A stretch of DNA of 64,000 bases from an uncultured Chloroflexia bacterium. Lineage in GTDB: Bacteria; Chloroflexota; Limnocylindria; Limnocylindrales; CSP1-4. Location: NCBI GenBank assembly GCA_963809595.1, contig CAWEKG010000003.1, positions 291,749 to 355,748 of the forward strand, read 5' to 3'. A program made the translations under genes and the position numbers. How positions within the stretch are numbered: the first letter of the stretch is position 1; the number at the start of each line of letters is the position of its first letter. Positions 30,300 through 40,552 of the stretch are shown in pieces. The notes under the pieces are model-generated. The model worked only from the letters and a program-made list of their open reading frames with translations, did not search any database and was not told the DNA's origin.

Positions 30300-31471
30300 T
30301 CGTAGCGCAGGGCCGTGACCGGGTCGAGCCGGGCGGCATGGAGGGCCGGGACGAAGCCGGCGATGGCGCCGAGGATCGTCGAGAAGGCGATGGCGGTGAT
30401 CGCGGTGCCGGTCGTGAGGTCGAACAGGACCGTGCCCGAGGACCGGCCGGCCTCGTTCACCACCGTGACGACGATCGCCCCGAGGATGAGCCCGACGGCG
30501 CCCCCGATGAAGCCGATGAGGGCCGCCTCGATGACGAGCTCGCGGACGATCCGCGTCCGACTCCCGCCGATGGCCCGCTTGATCCCGATCTCACGGGTCC
30601 GCTCGGCGATCGACATCGCCATCGTGTTCACGACCGACAGCCCGCCCACGAGGAGGCTGATCAGGGCGATCCCGACGAGGATCGAGTTGAGGATCGAGGT
30701 GGCGCTGCCGATCTGCTGGTCGAAGTCTTTGCCGGTCATCGCCGCGACACCGGGGACCTGGTCCTCGATCCGCGCGGCGAGGGTCTCGATGTCCTGACCG
30801 GGCGTCGGATAGACGACCATCGAGGTCGCGATGTCGGACGGGGTGACCTTCGACTGAAGCATCGGCGGCAGGGTGCGCACGAAGAGCCGCTGGGCGGCGG
30901 CCAACGGGACCGAGGCGGCCTGGTCCGGCGCCGTGAGCGTCGGCTGGTAGACCCCGATGACCTGGAAGGGCAGGCCCTTGAGGGTGATCGAGTCGCCGAC
31001 GTGCTTGGCGTACTTGTGGGCGATGTCGGTCCCGAGCACGGTGACGTTCGAGTCGCCGTCGGCAGCCGTGAGCGCCCGGCCCTCGGCCATCTCGAGCTTG
31101 AACGACTCGCGACCCTGGTCGGCTCCGGGGACGGCGCCGTTGATCATCGGCGGCACCCCCATCGTCACCGCGCCGGCCTGGTCGTCCATGAGCATCATCA
31201 CGGCGGGCACGACCACGTCGACGCCGGAGACCTTCCGGACCTGGTCCGCCGTCCTGAGCGACATCGGAGCGCTCGAGAAGCCGCCCATCGAGCCCGACGC
31301 GTCACTCAGGGTGATCTTGTCCGCGTAGTAGCTCGAGCCGCCGGTGACGAGCGCGTTGATCTTGTTGGCCATCGAGCCGAAGACGACCAGCGCCCAGATC
31401 CCGATCGTGATCCCGAGGATCGTGAGCGCGGTCCTGACCTTCCGCCGGCCGAGGTTGCGCAGGTACCGCAT
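30296..31471 (-). CDS. ABC transporter permease, FtsX/MacB family
   Basis: N-terminal TM helix, a large extracytoplasmic domain, and a C-terminal FtsX-like 3-TM bundle. Overlaps the ATPase gene. Confidence 0.8.
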   Translation of the reverse strand: MRYLRNLGRRKVRTALTILGITIGIWALVVFGSMANKINALVTGGSSYYADKITLSDASGSMGGFSSAPMSLRTADQVRKVSGVDVVVPAVMMLMDDQAGAVTMGVPPMINGAVPGADQGRESFKLEMAEGRALTAADGDSNVTVLGTDIAHKYAKHVGDSITLKGLPFQVIGVYQPTLTAPDQAASVPLAAAQRLFVRTLPPMLQSKVTPSDIATSMVVYPTPGQDIETLAARIEDQVPGVAAMTGKDFDQQIGSATSILNSILVGIALISLLVGGLSVVNTMAMSIAERTREIGIKRAIGGSRTRIVRELVIEAALIGFIGGAVGLILGAIVVTVVNEAGRSSGTVLFDLTTGTAITAIAFSTILGAIAGFVPALHAARLDPVTALRYE

Positions 31472-31936
31472 CGAAACGCCTCATGCGGAGCGCCGCGTCC
31501 AGTGGCTTCCGTCGCCGAGCGCTCAAGGGACGCATGTTCGAGCCCGCGACCGGGCGGGACGCGAGAGCGGGAGGCCGAGGCCTCCTCGAGTGGGTCCGAC
31601 CGGCCACCGCCCGGGATCGGAGGGCGATGGGTGGCAGATCCAGGGGATCGCCGGGCCTCCTCAGACTCCGCCAAGTCTCGACGGATCGGAGCCGGATGAC
31701 CCGTTTCGTTCGGATCATCTCGACGGTCCGATCGGCCTGACCTCGGGTCACCACGATGCCGACGCCGAACAGCGATCGGGACCCGGGGGTGAGGTCCGCG
31801 ATCGCTGTTGCCCGCAGGTTCCCCGATGCACGACCCGGGGTCGAGGGCCGTCTGGCCGTCAGGTACCTACTCGACCGGATGGGTCCCCGACCGGGCGGTG
31901 ACGGTCACCGTCTCCGGCCGGGATCGAACGCCGCGC

Positions 31937-32533
31937 CTAGACGAACAGCGAGACGTCGGCGTCGGCCGCCCAGGCCAGGAAGCTCGTCGCGCCGCAGACC
32001 GGGTCGATCCCCTCGATGAACTCGCTCTCATCGAAGCCGAAGACGTCCATCGTCATCCCGCAGGGCTGCAACTTCACACCCATCTCGATGGCCAGGTCGA
32101 TCAGCTCGTCGATCGAGGCCACGCCGTGGTCCTTGAACTTGCTCTTCATCATCCGCGAGGCCATCGGGGTCATCCCCGGCATCACGGTCAGCAGCTGCGG
32201 CATCGTGATGGGCATCGGCATGGCCGGGTTCCCGACCGTGCCGATCTCGAGCTTCCGATCCTTCTTCAGGATCGCGAGCCCGTAGAAGGTGAAGAAGATC
32301 CCGGCCTCCCAGCCGAGCGTCTTCGCCGTCGTGGCCAGGATGAGCGGCGGGTAGGCCCAGTCGAGGGTGCCCTTCGTGGCGATGATGGCGAGCTTCTTCG
32401 GTTTGGCCGCGCGCTCGGCCTCCTTCACCGCGAGCAGCTCCTCGACCCGGGCGGCGACCATCGCGTCGACCCGATCGCGGATCAGGGCGTCGAGGTCGAC
32501 TCCCGCCGACGTGGATCCGGTCGTCTCGACCAT
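31937..32533 (-). CDS. DsrE/DsrF-like (sulfur-relay-like) family protein
   Basis: KLAIIATKGTLDWAYPPLILATTA...GWEAGIFFTFYGL resembles the DsrE_2 fold. Paired with the TusA-like gene upstream. Confidence 0.5.
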   Translation of the reverse strand: MVETTGSTSAGVDLDALIRDRVDAMVAARVEELLAVKEAERAAKPKKLAIIATKGTLDWAYPPLILATTAKTLGWEAGIFFTFYGLAILKKDRKLEIGTVGNPAMPMPITMPQLLTVMPGMTPMASRMMKSKFKDHGVASIDELIDLAIEMGVKLQPCGMTMDVFGFDESEFIEGIDPVCGATSFLAWAADADVSLFV

Positions 32534-32577
32534 GGGACTTTCCTCCTTAACGCCGGATCAGGCCGGGGCGCGCCGGG

Positions 32578-32817
32578 TCACGCCTTCTGGATCCAGAAGC
32601 GCATGACCTTGCCGTCGGTCTCCTGGGCGAGCAACGGGTTGCCGGTGGACTTGGACCACGCCGCCACGTCCGGGATGGACCCCGGATCGGTCGCCTCCAG
32701 CAGGATCACCTGGGCCGGCTCGAGTTCCTTCATCGCCTTGGCGAGCTTCACGATCGGCATCGGGCAGAGCAGGCCCTTCGCGTCGAGCGTCCGATCCGAC
32801 GTCGGGCTGTCGCCCAT
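32578..32817 (-). CDS. TusA-like sulfurtransferase (SirA/YedF/YeeD family)
   Basis: 79 aa with a CPxP-type motif (GLLCPMPIVKLAKAM). Only the C-terminal part of the 504-aa track ORF is real. Confidence 0.75.
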   Translation of the reverse strand: MGDSPTSDRTLDAKGLLCPMPIVKLAKAMKELEPAQVILLEATDPGSIPDVAAWSKSTGNPLLAQETDGKVMRFWIQKA

Positions 32818-33045
32818 GGGTGAGTCTCCTCTGGGGCGCGTGACCGCGTCGATCGCGGGATCACGGCAGGCGTATATAGTCCCCGGCCGAACGCGGATGT
32901 CAACCTGCCTCATCCATGACGGAACCTCACCTACCGACCCATGAGCGGGGGCGCGCGCCGGTCGTCGCCCCTCGACGTCGCCTGCCCGAGGCCCGATGAT
33001 GGCCGACACGTCTCGCGGCGCTCCCGCAGGTGAAGGAGAAGGTGC

Positions 33046-34206
33046 GTGCTCTCGCGTCCCGAGCCGGCCTGTCTGCTGATCGCCGACATCTCCGGCTACA
33101 CGAGCTATCTCGCCGGCGCCGAGCTCGACCACGCCCAGGACATCCTGGCCGACCTGATGACGACGGTCGTCGGCGCCCTCCGGCCGGGCTTCCGGCTCGC
33201 CAAGCTCGAGGGTGACGCGGCCTTCGCCTACCTGCTCACCGAGCGGATCGACGGCTCGCAGCTCCTCGACACGGTCGAGCGTACCTACTTCGCCTTCCGG
33301 CGGCGGCTGCGCGATATCGCCCAGGCGACCGCCTGCGAGTGCAACGCGTGCGTCCTGATGCCCCGGCTCGACCTCAAGGTCATCGCCCACCACGGCTCGA
33401 TCATCCGTCACCGGATCGCCGGCCACGAGGAGCTGGTGGGCTCCGATGTGATCGTCGCCCATCGGCTTCTCAAGAACCACGTCGTCGAGCGGCTCGGGAC
33501 CGACGCTTACGCGCTGTTCAGCGTCCCGTGCGTGGCTGCCATGGGGATCGACCCCGTCGCGCTCGGGATGACCGAATACCGCGACACCGATCCCGATCTG
33601 GGCGAGCTGGCCGGCTGGGTCCACGACCTCGGGGCAGCCTGGACGGCCGAGCTCGAGCGCCGGAGGGTGGTCGTCGCGGAGCGGGACGCCGGGTACGTCC
33701 TCGAGACGATCCAGCCCGCACCCCGCGACCTCGTCTGGTCGTTCATGACCGACCCGGCGCTGCGTCCCCGGTGGCAGGCCGGCGTCACCGGTGTCGACGA
33801 GCTGCCGACGGCGCCGCGACGCGGGGTCGGGACGACGAACCACTGCATGCACGGGGCGGAGGTCCTCATCGAGGAGATCCTCGACTGGCGACCGACCGAC
33901 CACGTGACTCTCCGGACGACGATGCCGAACGGCTTCAAGGCGATGTCCACCTTCATGTTCGAGGACGCCCCGGAGGGCACCCGGGTCCGGCTCCTGTTCA
34001 CCTGGGGCAAGAGCCGTCGCGAGCGTGAGGAGCTCACCTCCGTGCGCGACTTCATCGCAGATCTCATCGAGCGCGGTCAGTCGAACCTGCACGATGTGCT
34101 TGCCGAGGAGATGGCTCGCCGGGCGGCGCTGGCGGTTGATGCGCCGCCTGAGCCGGTCAGGCCGAGGTCGCAGGATCGGGAGCTTCGCGAGCCGGTCAGG
34201 CGTTAG
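33046..34206 (+). CDS. DUF2652-like (nucleotidyl-cyclase-like fold) N-terminal domain fused to an SRPBCC/polyketide-cyclase-like domain
   Basis: GTG start after the RBS GAAGGAGAAGG. The N-terminus (LIADISGYTSYL) resembles DUF2652. The C-terminal half resembles SRPBCC ligand-binding domains. Confidence 0.55.
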   Translation: MLSRPEPACLLIADISGYTSYLAGAELDHAQDILADLMTTVVGALRPGFRLAKLEGDAAFAYLLTERIDGSQLLDTVERTYFAFRRRLRDIAQATACECNACVLMPRLDLKVIAHHGSIIRHRIAGHEELVGSDVIVAHRLLKNHVVERLGTDAYALFSVPCVAAMGIDPVALGMTEYRDTDPDLGELAGWVHDLGAAWTAELERRRVVVAERDAGYVLETIQPAPRDLVWSFMTDPALRPRWQAGVTGVDELPTAPRRGVGTTNHCMHGAEVLIEEILDWRPTDHVTLRTTMPNGFKAMSTFMFEDAPEGTRVRLLFTWGKSRREREELTSVRDFIADLIERGQSNLHDVLAEEMARRAALAVDAPPEPVRPRSQDRELREPVRR

Positions 34207-34236
34207 GCTCGGCGGACGAAGAACAGGGCCTGGACG

Positions 34237-34620
34237 TCAATGCACTTCCCCGCAGGCAAGGAACGAGCCGTCGGTCCAGTTGCCGCCGGACATCTCGACC
34301 CAGGAGCCGGTCCTCGTGACCACGTTGCCCCGACCGTCGATGACCTCGACCCCACCCAGTGAGCTGCGCCCGGTGTAGCCGATGGGCCAGGTGACCGCAT
34401 AACGGTGGCCGCTCTGCGCTTCGATGACTGCCGTGCCGGCCACGTCGTCGACCACCAGTTGGCCCGAGGTACCGCTGGTGTAGCAGCCGATCATGCCTGG
34501 CGGCGCATCGGGATACAGTGAGCCCGTCTTCAGGGTGACGCTGCGTCCGAACGGTCCGAGGGCGAGGACGGCTGCCAGGGCCAGGAGACCCAGCCCGCCG
34601 CCGATCAGGCGTTTGTCCAT
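34237..34620 (-). CDS. small secreted protein, unknown function
   Basis: Signal peptide MDKRLIGGGLGLLALAAVLALG. Length 127 aa. Confidence 0.45.
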   Translation of the reverse strand: MDKRLIGGGLGLLALAAVLALGPFGRSVTLKTGSLYPDAPPGMIGCYTSGTSGQLVVDDVAGTAVIEAQSGHRYAVTWPIGYTGRSSLGGVEVIDGRGNVVTRTGSWVEMSGGNWTDGSFLACGEVH

Positions 34621-34720
34621 ACCCGATCGTTAGATCACCCCTTCGTCGCGGGCAAGGACCCAGACGTACGAGGATCGTCCGCCACCCGGATACGCCGGCG
34701 TCCCGGCGGGCCCTCGACGA

Positions 34721-37456
34721 TCACCTCGACCGGGCCGTCATGGCCCGGGACGGCCGTCGCCTGCCATGAGCGCGCCGGCGGATCAGCCACTTCTCGATCT
34801 CGACCGCAACGAACGCCAGCGTGGACGCGGCCAGCATCACTGCCAGCTCGATGGGGGCGAGCGCCTCCGTCTCGAAGATCGGCTGGAGCGGCGGCAGGTA
34901 GATGATGGCGAGCTGCATGGCGACCGTCGCCGCAACGGCACGCGCCAGCGGCACGTTCGTTCGCCAACCGAGCGTGAAGAAGCTCTCGGTCTCCGAGCGG
35001 ACGGCCAGCGCGTGACCGAGCTGCAGGAACGCGAGCGTCGAGAAGACGATGGTCTGCCAGTGCCAGTCGAAGTTGATGGCCGTCGCCTGCATGCCCAGGC
35101 ACACCCCTCCGATGAGGAGCCCGACCCACAGTGCGTGCTGCCAGAGGCCACGGGCGAAGATCGATTCGCTCATCGGGCGCGGCGGTCTGCGCATCGTGTC
35201 CCGCTCGGCCGGCTCGACGCCAAGGGCGAGTCCCGGCAGGCCGTCGGTCACGAGATTGATCCACAGGATGTGGACCGGCAGCAGGGGCAACGGCAAGCCG
35301 GCGAATGGCGCCAGGAACATGACCCAGATCTCGCCCGAGTTGCCCGTCAGCGCATAGCGGACGAACCGCCGGATGTTGTCGTAGATCCGACGACCCTCCT
35401 CGACCGCCGAGATGATCGTGGCGAAGTTGTCGTCGGCAAGGACCATGTCGGCGGCTTCCTTGCTCACCTCGGTTCCAGCCATCCCCATCGCAACACCGAT
35501 GTCCGCCAACTTGAGTGCGGGCGCGTCATTGACCCCGTCGCCGGTCATCGCGACGACCGCTCCGCGGGTCTTCCACGCCTCGACGATCCGGAGCTTCTGC
35601 TCGGGGTTCGTCCGCGCGTAGACGGCAACGTCGTCGACGAGCCCGTCGAACGCTCCATCGTCCAGCGTCTCGAGCTCGGCCCCCGTGAGCGTCTGCCCGC
35701 CGTCGGTGAGGATCCCGAGCCGGCGCGCGATCGCCTGCGCCGTCAAGACGTGGTCGCCCGTGATCATGACCGGAGTGATACCCGCTGCCCGCGCCGCGGC
35801 CACGGCGTCAGCCGACTCAGGTCGTGGCGGGTCGGCCATCGCGACCAGCCCCAGGAACGACAGGCCCGCCTCGGCTCCACCCAGATCGACGGGCAGCTCG
35901 TCAAGGCTCCGCTCGGCCAGGGCCAGCACGCGGTAGCCCTCGGACGCGTAGCGATCGGCGGCGGCCTGCGCACGCTCCCACGCCTCGTGGTCGACGGGAT
36001 CGCCGAGCGGCGCGAGGGCCTCGACGCCGCCCTTCACCGCGACCCACAGCCGGCCCTGATCGTGGTGGACGGTCGACATCCGCCGGCGGGTGGCGTCGAA
36101 GGCGACCTCCGCGACGCGTGGCAATCGCGCCTCGAGGCTGGGGCGATCGACGCCAAGCTTGCCCGCCAGAGCGAGGAGGGCGCCCTCCGTGGGATCCCCG
36201 GTGATCGTCCACGGATCGCCATCTCGGAGTGGGGCGTGCAGCGTCGCGTCGTTGCAGGCCGCTGCCGCCAGGGCGAGGCGCGGCAGGTACGGATCGCGAT
36301 GCTGGACCGCGTCGCCGGAGATCGCTCCCGTCGGCTCGTAGCCGATGCCGGTGACGCGATGCTCGGCCGCGGGCGTCCAGACCCACTCGACCAGCATCCG
36401 GTTCTGGGTCAGGGTGCCCGTCTTGTCCGAGCACACGACGTTGACGGATCCCAGCGTCTCGACCGCCGGCAGCTTGCGGGTGAGGGCTCGCCGGCTGGCC
36501 ATGCGCTGGGCCCCGAGGGCGAGCGACACGGTCACCACGGCAGGAAGCGCCTCGGGGATGGCCGCCACGGCGAGGCTCACCGCGGTGAGGAACATCAGCT
36601 CGACGGACTCCCCGCGGGCGACCCCAACCACGAAGACGATCGCGCAGACGACGAGGGCTGCAGCAGCGAGCCCCTTGCCGAGTGTCGAGAGCCGGCGCTG
36701 GAGTGGGGTGGGGCCAGCATCATGGGCCTGGAGCAGGTCGGCGATCCGTCCGAGAGCCGTCGCCATGCCCGTCGTCACGACGATCCCGGCACCCCGTCCG
36801 TAGGTCACCGCGGTGCCCTTGAAGGCCATGTTCCGCTGATCGGCCATGAGCGCGTCCGTGACGTCGGGAAGTGCCGCGACGACCTTGGCAGCGGGCTCCG
36901 ACTCGCCGGTCAGCGCAGCCTCGTTGACTCGGAGGGCGGCGGACTCGGTGAGCCGTACGTCGGCGGCGACGATGTCGCCGGTCTCGAGACGGACGACATC
37001 ACCGGGCACCAGCTCGGCGGCCGGAACCTCTGCAACCTCACCGCCCCGCACGACGCGGGCGGTCGGGCTCGTCATCTGCTTGAGCGCGGCCATCGCCTGT
37101 TCGGCGCGGTAGTCCTGGATGAACCCGATCACGCCGTTGAGCACCACGATGGCGAGAATGACGAACGTGTCCTTGAGGTCGCCGATGAGCGCGGTGACGA
37201 TGGCCGCGATCATGAGCACGACGATCATCGTGTTCGTGAACTGCTCGACGAACAGGCGCCAGTGCGGCTTGCGCCCGCGCTCGACCAGCTCGTTCGGTCC
37301 GAACCGGGCCAATCGCTCGGCGGCGTCGGCCACGGTCAAACCCAGCGCCGGATCGGTCGCCAGCGATGCGGCGACCGCAGGCCCTTCGATCGTCCACGGA
37401 CGAGCCGGCACCTGGGGCTGATCGATCGTGGCTCGCGTCACGCTGCAGACCTCCAC
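34721..37456 (-). CDS. cation-transporting P-type ATPase (P2-type, Ca2+/Mg2+-ATPase-like)
   Basis: 911 aa with the phosphorylation motif DKTGTLT, a TGES-type actuator motif (TGESEP), GDGVNDAPAL and ten TM helices. Confidence 0.9.
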   Translation of the reverse strand: MEVCSVTRATIDQPQVPARPWTIEGPAVAASLATDPALGLTVADAAERLARFGPNELVERGRKPHWRLFVEQFTNTMIVVLMIAAIVTALIGDLKDTFVILAIVVLNGVIGFIQDYRAEQAMAALKQMTSPTARVVRGGEVAEVPAAELVPGDVVRLETGDIVAADVRLTESAALRVNEAALTGESEPAAKVVAALPDVTDALMADQRNMAFKGTAVTYGRGAGIVVTTGMATALGRIADLLQAHDAGPTPLQRRLSTLGKGLAAAALVVCAIVFVVGVARGESVELMFLTAVSLAVAAIPEALPAVVTVSLALGAQRMASRRALTRKLPAVETLGSVNVVCSDKTGTLTQNRMLVEWVWTPAAEHRVTGIGYEPTGAISGDAVQHRDPYLPRLALAAAACNDATLHAPLRDGDPWTITGDPTEGALLALAGKLGVDRPSLEARLPRVAEVAFDATRRRMSTVHHDQGRLWVAVKGGVEALAPLGDPVDHEAWERAQAAADRYASEGYRVLALAERSLDELPVDLGGAEAGLSFLGLVAMADPPRPESADAVAAARAAGITPVMITGDHVLTAQAIARRLGILTDGGQTLTGAELETLDDGAFDGLVDDVAVYARTNPEQKLRIVEAWKTRGAVVAMTGDGVNDAPALKLADIGVAMGMAGTEVSKEAADMVLADDNFATIISAVEEGRRIYDNIRRFVRYALTGNSGEIWVMFLAPFAGLPLPLLPVHILWINLVTDGLPGLALGVEPAERDTMRRPPRPMSESIFARGLWQHALWVGLLIGGVCLGMQATAINFDWHWQTIVFSTLAFLQLGHALAVRSETESFFTLGWRTNVPLARAVAATVAMQLAIIYLPPLQPIFETEALAPIELAVMLAASTLAFVAVEIEKWLIRRRAHGRRRPSRAMTARSR

Positions 37457-37462
37457 AGGCGA

Positions 37463-37669
37463 TCAGGTCCGCGCCGGTCGATGCAACGTGGTCGGCTGTC
37501 GAATGACCCCGGACCACCCGCCGCCCTCAGCCTCGATGAGGCGCTCGAGCTCCCCGTGGTCGAGGAAGATGCCCCGGCAATCCTCGCACTGCTCGACGAC
37601 CACCCCGCTGCGGTCGTAGAGGCACATCCGGCCGCCGCACTTGTGGCACGCGGGCCCCTCGGGCGGCCT
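37463..37669 (-). CDS. zinc-ribbon domain protein (zf-TFIIB/FmdB-like)
   Basis: Two CxxC pairs (CHKCGG...CEDCRG). Immediately upstream of the P-type ATPase. Confidence 0.5.
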   Translation of the reverse strand, partial: RPPEGPACHKCGGRMCLYDRSGVVVEQCEDCRGIFLDHGELERLIEAEGGGWSGVIRQPTTLHRPART

Positions 37670-38073
37670 CATCGTGCGGCTGTCCGCGATGGCCATGCCA
37701 GTCGGTCGGGTGGGATCGCACGGGCCGACGTTCGCCCGAGCATGACGCTGGCGAGACCGGCCGTGAACGAGGGATAGAGGTTGGTAGCCATGCGCAGCCT
37801 CCGGCATCATCGAGCCGAAGGTCTCGCCCGCTCGCGTCGCGGGCCGCGGGACCGGGCGACATGTCGCCGTGATGACGATCCAGCGGTCGAGGGCTACTCC
37901 CCTTCGATGCTTATTCTATGGTCCCCGCCGGCGTGCCGCTGCGAGCCGAAAGTCACAAGTGATCGAGTCGGACATCCCGCCAGTGCCGGCAGGCCCCTTC
38001 GCAGCCCGAGATACGGGTGTTGACTCAGCGGCGCCGTCCATGATGGTCGTCGGCCCGCGGGTGCGGTGATGGT

Positions 38074-38745
38074 TCAGTCCTCCTCACCGTCCTCGAAGTC
38101 CGGCCAGGCCGCGATGTCTACGCCGTGGTTCTCCGGCGAGGCGAGCGTCCACCAATGGGGCACGTGCGAATTGTCAACCAGGCGCCCTCCCGCTGCGAGT
38201 GCCGCGGCGACCCGTGCCTCGGCCTGATCAGCGGGGACGCTGACGTCGATGTGGGTCCGGCCCCGGCCGGGCTTTGGTGGACGGAGGCGCTGGAACGACA
38301 CGTGAGGATTGCGTCGGTGCCGATCGACGACGTCCTCACCTGCCCCGAGACTCTTGTACCCGAGGGCTGCGGCCCAGAACGGACCTACGTCGCTGCCGGC
38401 ATCCTGTGCTACGGCGATCCCGACGACCTGTACCTGGGAGGGGTCTGATTCGACCCGCAGTGTCCGGGCCTCGGCCGAGATCCGGCGCGCCAACTCGACA
38501 TCACGGTCGCTCAACGCTCCGTACTCGCCCGACGCGGTCCGGACTGTGACGCCATCGGGCCGAAGGTCAACATCGGGAAAGTGGCCCACTGCCTGGGCGA
38601 TGTCAGCGATCACGGTCACGAATCTGGCGCCTTGCGCGAACGACCCCGCACGGAAATAGGCGTGGGCGCCCGAGAAGAGGACCCGCCAGTCCTCGACTCC
38701 GTCGGCGTCGTGGAAGGCTTTGGCAGTGGTTCTGCGGTCGCTCAT
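38074..38745 (-). CDS. pterin-4a-carbinolamine dehydratase-like domain fused to a VOC/glyoxalase-like domain
   Basis: The N-terminal ~95 aa match the PCD fold (WRVLFSGAHAYF...VDLRPDGVTVRT). The C-terminal half is VOC-like. Confidence 0.55.
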   Translation of the reverse strand: MSDRRTTAKAFHDADGVEDWRVLFSGAHAYFRAGSFAQGARFVTVIADIAQAVGHFPDVDLRPDGVTVRTASGEYGALSDRDVELARRISAEARTLRVESDPSQVQVVGIAVAQDAGSDVGPFWAAALGYKSLGAGEDVVDRHRRNPHVSFQRLRPPKPGRGRTHIDVSVPADQAEARVAAALAAGGRLVDNSHVPHWWTLASPENHGVDIAAWPDFEDGEED

Positions 38746-39226
38746 CGGGAACGCCCTCCTAGCCCACCGCCTTCTTCACGAGCGCGGCGAGCTTCTCTTC
38801 GTCCTCTGGGGTCGACTTCTCGATCCCCCACGAGGTTGCCCACATCGATCCGTCATCGATCATTCATCATGCGGCGGAGACAACTCTACGTTCTCGAGTT
38901 CGGCAGACTCCGGGCCTCGAGGTACGACCAAGTCCAGGGTTCGGGTAGGCCGGTCAGCGGAAGAGCACTCGTTGGCGCCGCTTGCCGGCACCGGTCGCGG
39001 ACGCCATGCCGAAGGCAAGGTCGTTTACGTCGCTTCGCCAGCGGAGTCCGGTTCTTCACCGTCTGGCAGCTCGGGCTGCCTAGTTCGCATCGGACAATAG
39101 TCGCTGTCTCGTGTTTACGACCCTGTCGCAGCGTGTCAATAGTTGCTGACAGTGACGGGGTGCCGGGAGGCACCAGCAACTGTGGGCGCCCTACAGTCGC
39201 TGAGCTCACGCTCAAACCGAGAGAAG

Positions 39227-39288
39227 TGGAGCCGACACTCGGATTTGAACCGAGGACCTGCTGTCTACGAAACAGCTGCTCTACCGCC
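39227..39288 (-). repeat. 3' fragment (62 nt, D-arm to CCA) of tRNA-Thr(CGU), with 1 mismatch to the intact gene at 41557-41631
   Basis: GGCGGTAGAGCAGCTGTTTCGTAGACAGCAGGTCCTCGGTTCAAATCCGAGTGTCGGCTCCA (minus strand). The 5' acceptor arm is missing. It abuts the stop of the TetR gene and reads like an att-site remnant. Confidence 0.8.
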
Positions 39289-40054
39289 CTTGGTCACGCT
39301 CAATCCGTGCGTTGGGGGGTAATCCGCTTGGGGGGTGACTTGGGGGTGATTCAGCCGAGAGGCGAAGCGGAGAGGTTGGCAGCTCGGCAGGGAGGTCGAA
39401 CCGATCGGTCGGCATGAGCTGCCAGCGGAGCGCCTCGGAGAGCCAATCGCGAAAGGCCGGTGGGGCCCACCCGCGCTGGTTCACCAGCAGGTGGTAGAGC
39501 CCGGGATCGTTCAGTGCCCAGACGGCGTCGGCGGCGGCGACCAGGTCAAGGTCCTCGCGCAGGCCCCCGCGTGCCTTCACGCCCGCCACGACGTTCCTGG
39601 CTCCGCCGAGACGCTCGGCCACGACCTTCTCCCAGACTTCCCGCGCCTCCGGGTCTGCGCTGGCTGCTCCTCGGACTGCCTCATAGATGGGCGCCAGACG
39701 GCTGTGCACGTCAGTCATGATCCCGGCGTAGCCGTCGAGGAAGGCCGCGGGATCGGTCCGGGCCATCACGGCCCGCGACTCGGGCCGGTCCGGGAGCGCG
39801 ACCGGGGCATCGTCACCGACGAGCGCGACGTCGTAGGCGGCCTTCAGGATCGCCGCCTTGCCGCCGACCGAGTTGAAGACCGTCGCCCGGCTGACACCGG
39901 CGGCCTCGGCGATAGCGTCGATCGACGTCAGGACATATCCGTGCTCGATGAAGAGTCGGCCGGCTGCCTGGAGGATGGCGAGGCGAGTGGACGCCGCCTG
40001 CGCCTGTCGCAGCGGTGACCGATATCGGCGCTTGACAGGGTCGGTCATGTCCAC
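39281..40054 (-). CDS. TetR-family transcriptional regulator
   Basis: TetR HTH (TSIDAIAEAAGVSRATVFNSVGGK). The Pro-rich C-terminus overlaps the tRNA fragment by a few nt. Confidence 0.8.
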   Translation of the reverse strand: MDMTDPVKRRYRSPLRQAQAASTRLAILQAAGRLFIEHGYVLTSIDAIAEAAGVSRATVFNSVGGKAAILKAAYDVALVGDDAPVALPDRPESRAVMARTDPAAFLDGYAGIMTDVHSRLAPIYEAVRGAASADPEAREVWEKVVAERLGGARNVVAGVKARGGLREDLDLVAAADAVWALNDPGLYHLLVNQRGWAPPAFRDWLSEALRWQLMPTDRFDLPAELPTSPLRLSAESPPSHPPSGLPPNARIERDQGR

Positions 40055-40108
40055 TAGATTGCCAGTCTAACCAACATATCAACAGTATAGCGGAAGTGAG
40101 GGAGCCCG

Positions 40109-40552
40109 ATGACTGTAGCGGTCGGCATCGATCCCCTGGCCGTCGTCGAGCGGCTCCGGGCGGCCATCAACACGCATGACCTCGATGCGCTGGTCGGCTG
40201 CTTCACGCCGGGCTACATCAGCCAGGCGCCCGCTCATCCCGCCAGGGACTTCGTGGGTCGCGACCAGGTGCGCCAGAACTGGGGCCAGATCCTGGCCGGC
40301 GTCCCCGATCTGCGAGCCGAGCTCGTCCGCTCGACCGTCGTCGCCGACATGGTCTGGGCCGAGTGGGACTGGACCGGGACGCGTCGCGACGGGCAGCCCC
40401 ACCACATGGCGGGCGTGACGATCCAGGGTGTCGAGGGCGACGCCATCGCCTGGGTCCGTTTCTACATGGAGGTCGTCGAGGCCGGCGGGCAAGGACCTGA
40501 ATTGGCCGTGCGTGAGCGTGTCGGCGCCCCGATCATCGGAGTCGAGTCGTGA
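40109..40552 (+). CDS. SnoaL-like/NTF2-like family protein
   Basis: 147 aa with the NTF2-like pattern (LRAAINTHDLDALVGCFTPGY...). Confidence 0.6.
   Translation: MTVAVGIDPLAVVERLRAAINTHDLDALVGCFTPGYISQAPAHPARDFVGRDQVRQNWGQILAGVPDLRAELVRSTVVADMVWAEWDWTGTRRDGQPHHMAGVTIQGVEGDAIAWVRFYMEVVEAGGQGPELAVRERVGAPIIGVES

Noticed and set aside
32578-34092. 504-aa minus-strand ORF upstream of the TusA-like gene
   Set aside because: Only the last 79 codons (32578-32817) form a credible TusA domain. The remainder is antisense to the well-supported + strand gene 33046..34206 and translates as low-complexity sequence.
39301-39345. G-rich tract (three G5-6 runs) as a G-quadruplex or regulatory element
   Set aside because: Only three G-runs. 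The tract lies inside the coding region of the TetR gene, encoding a Pro-rich C-terminal tail on the opposite strand.
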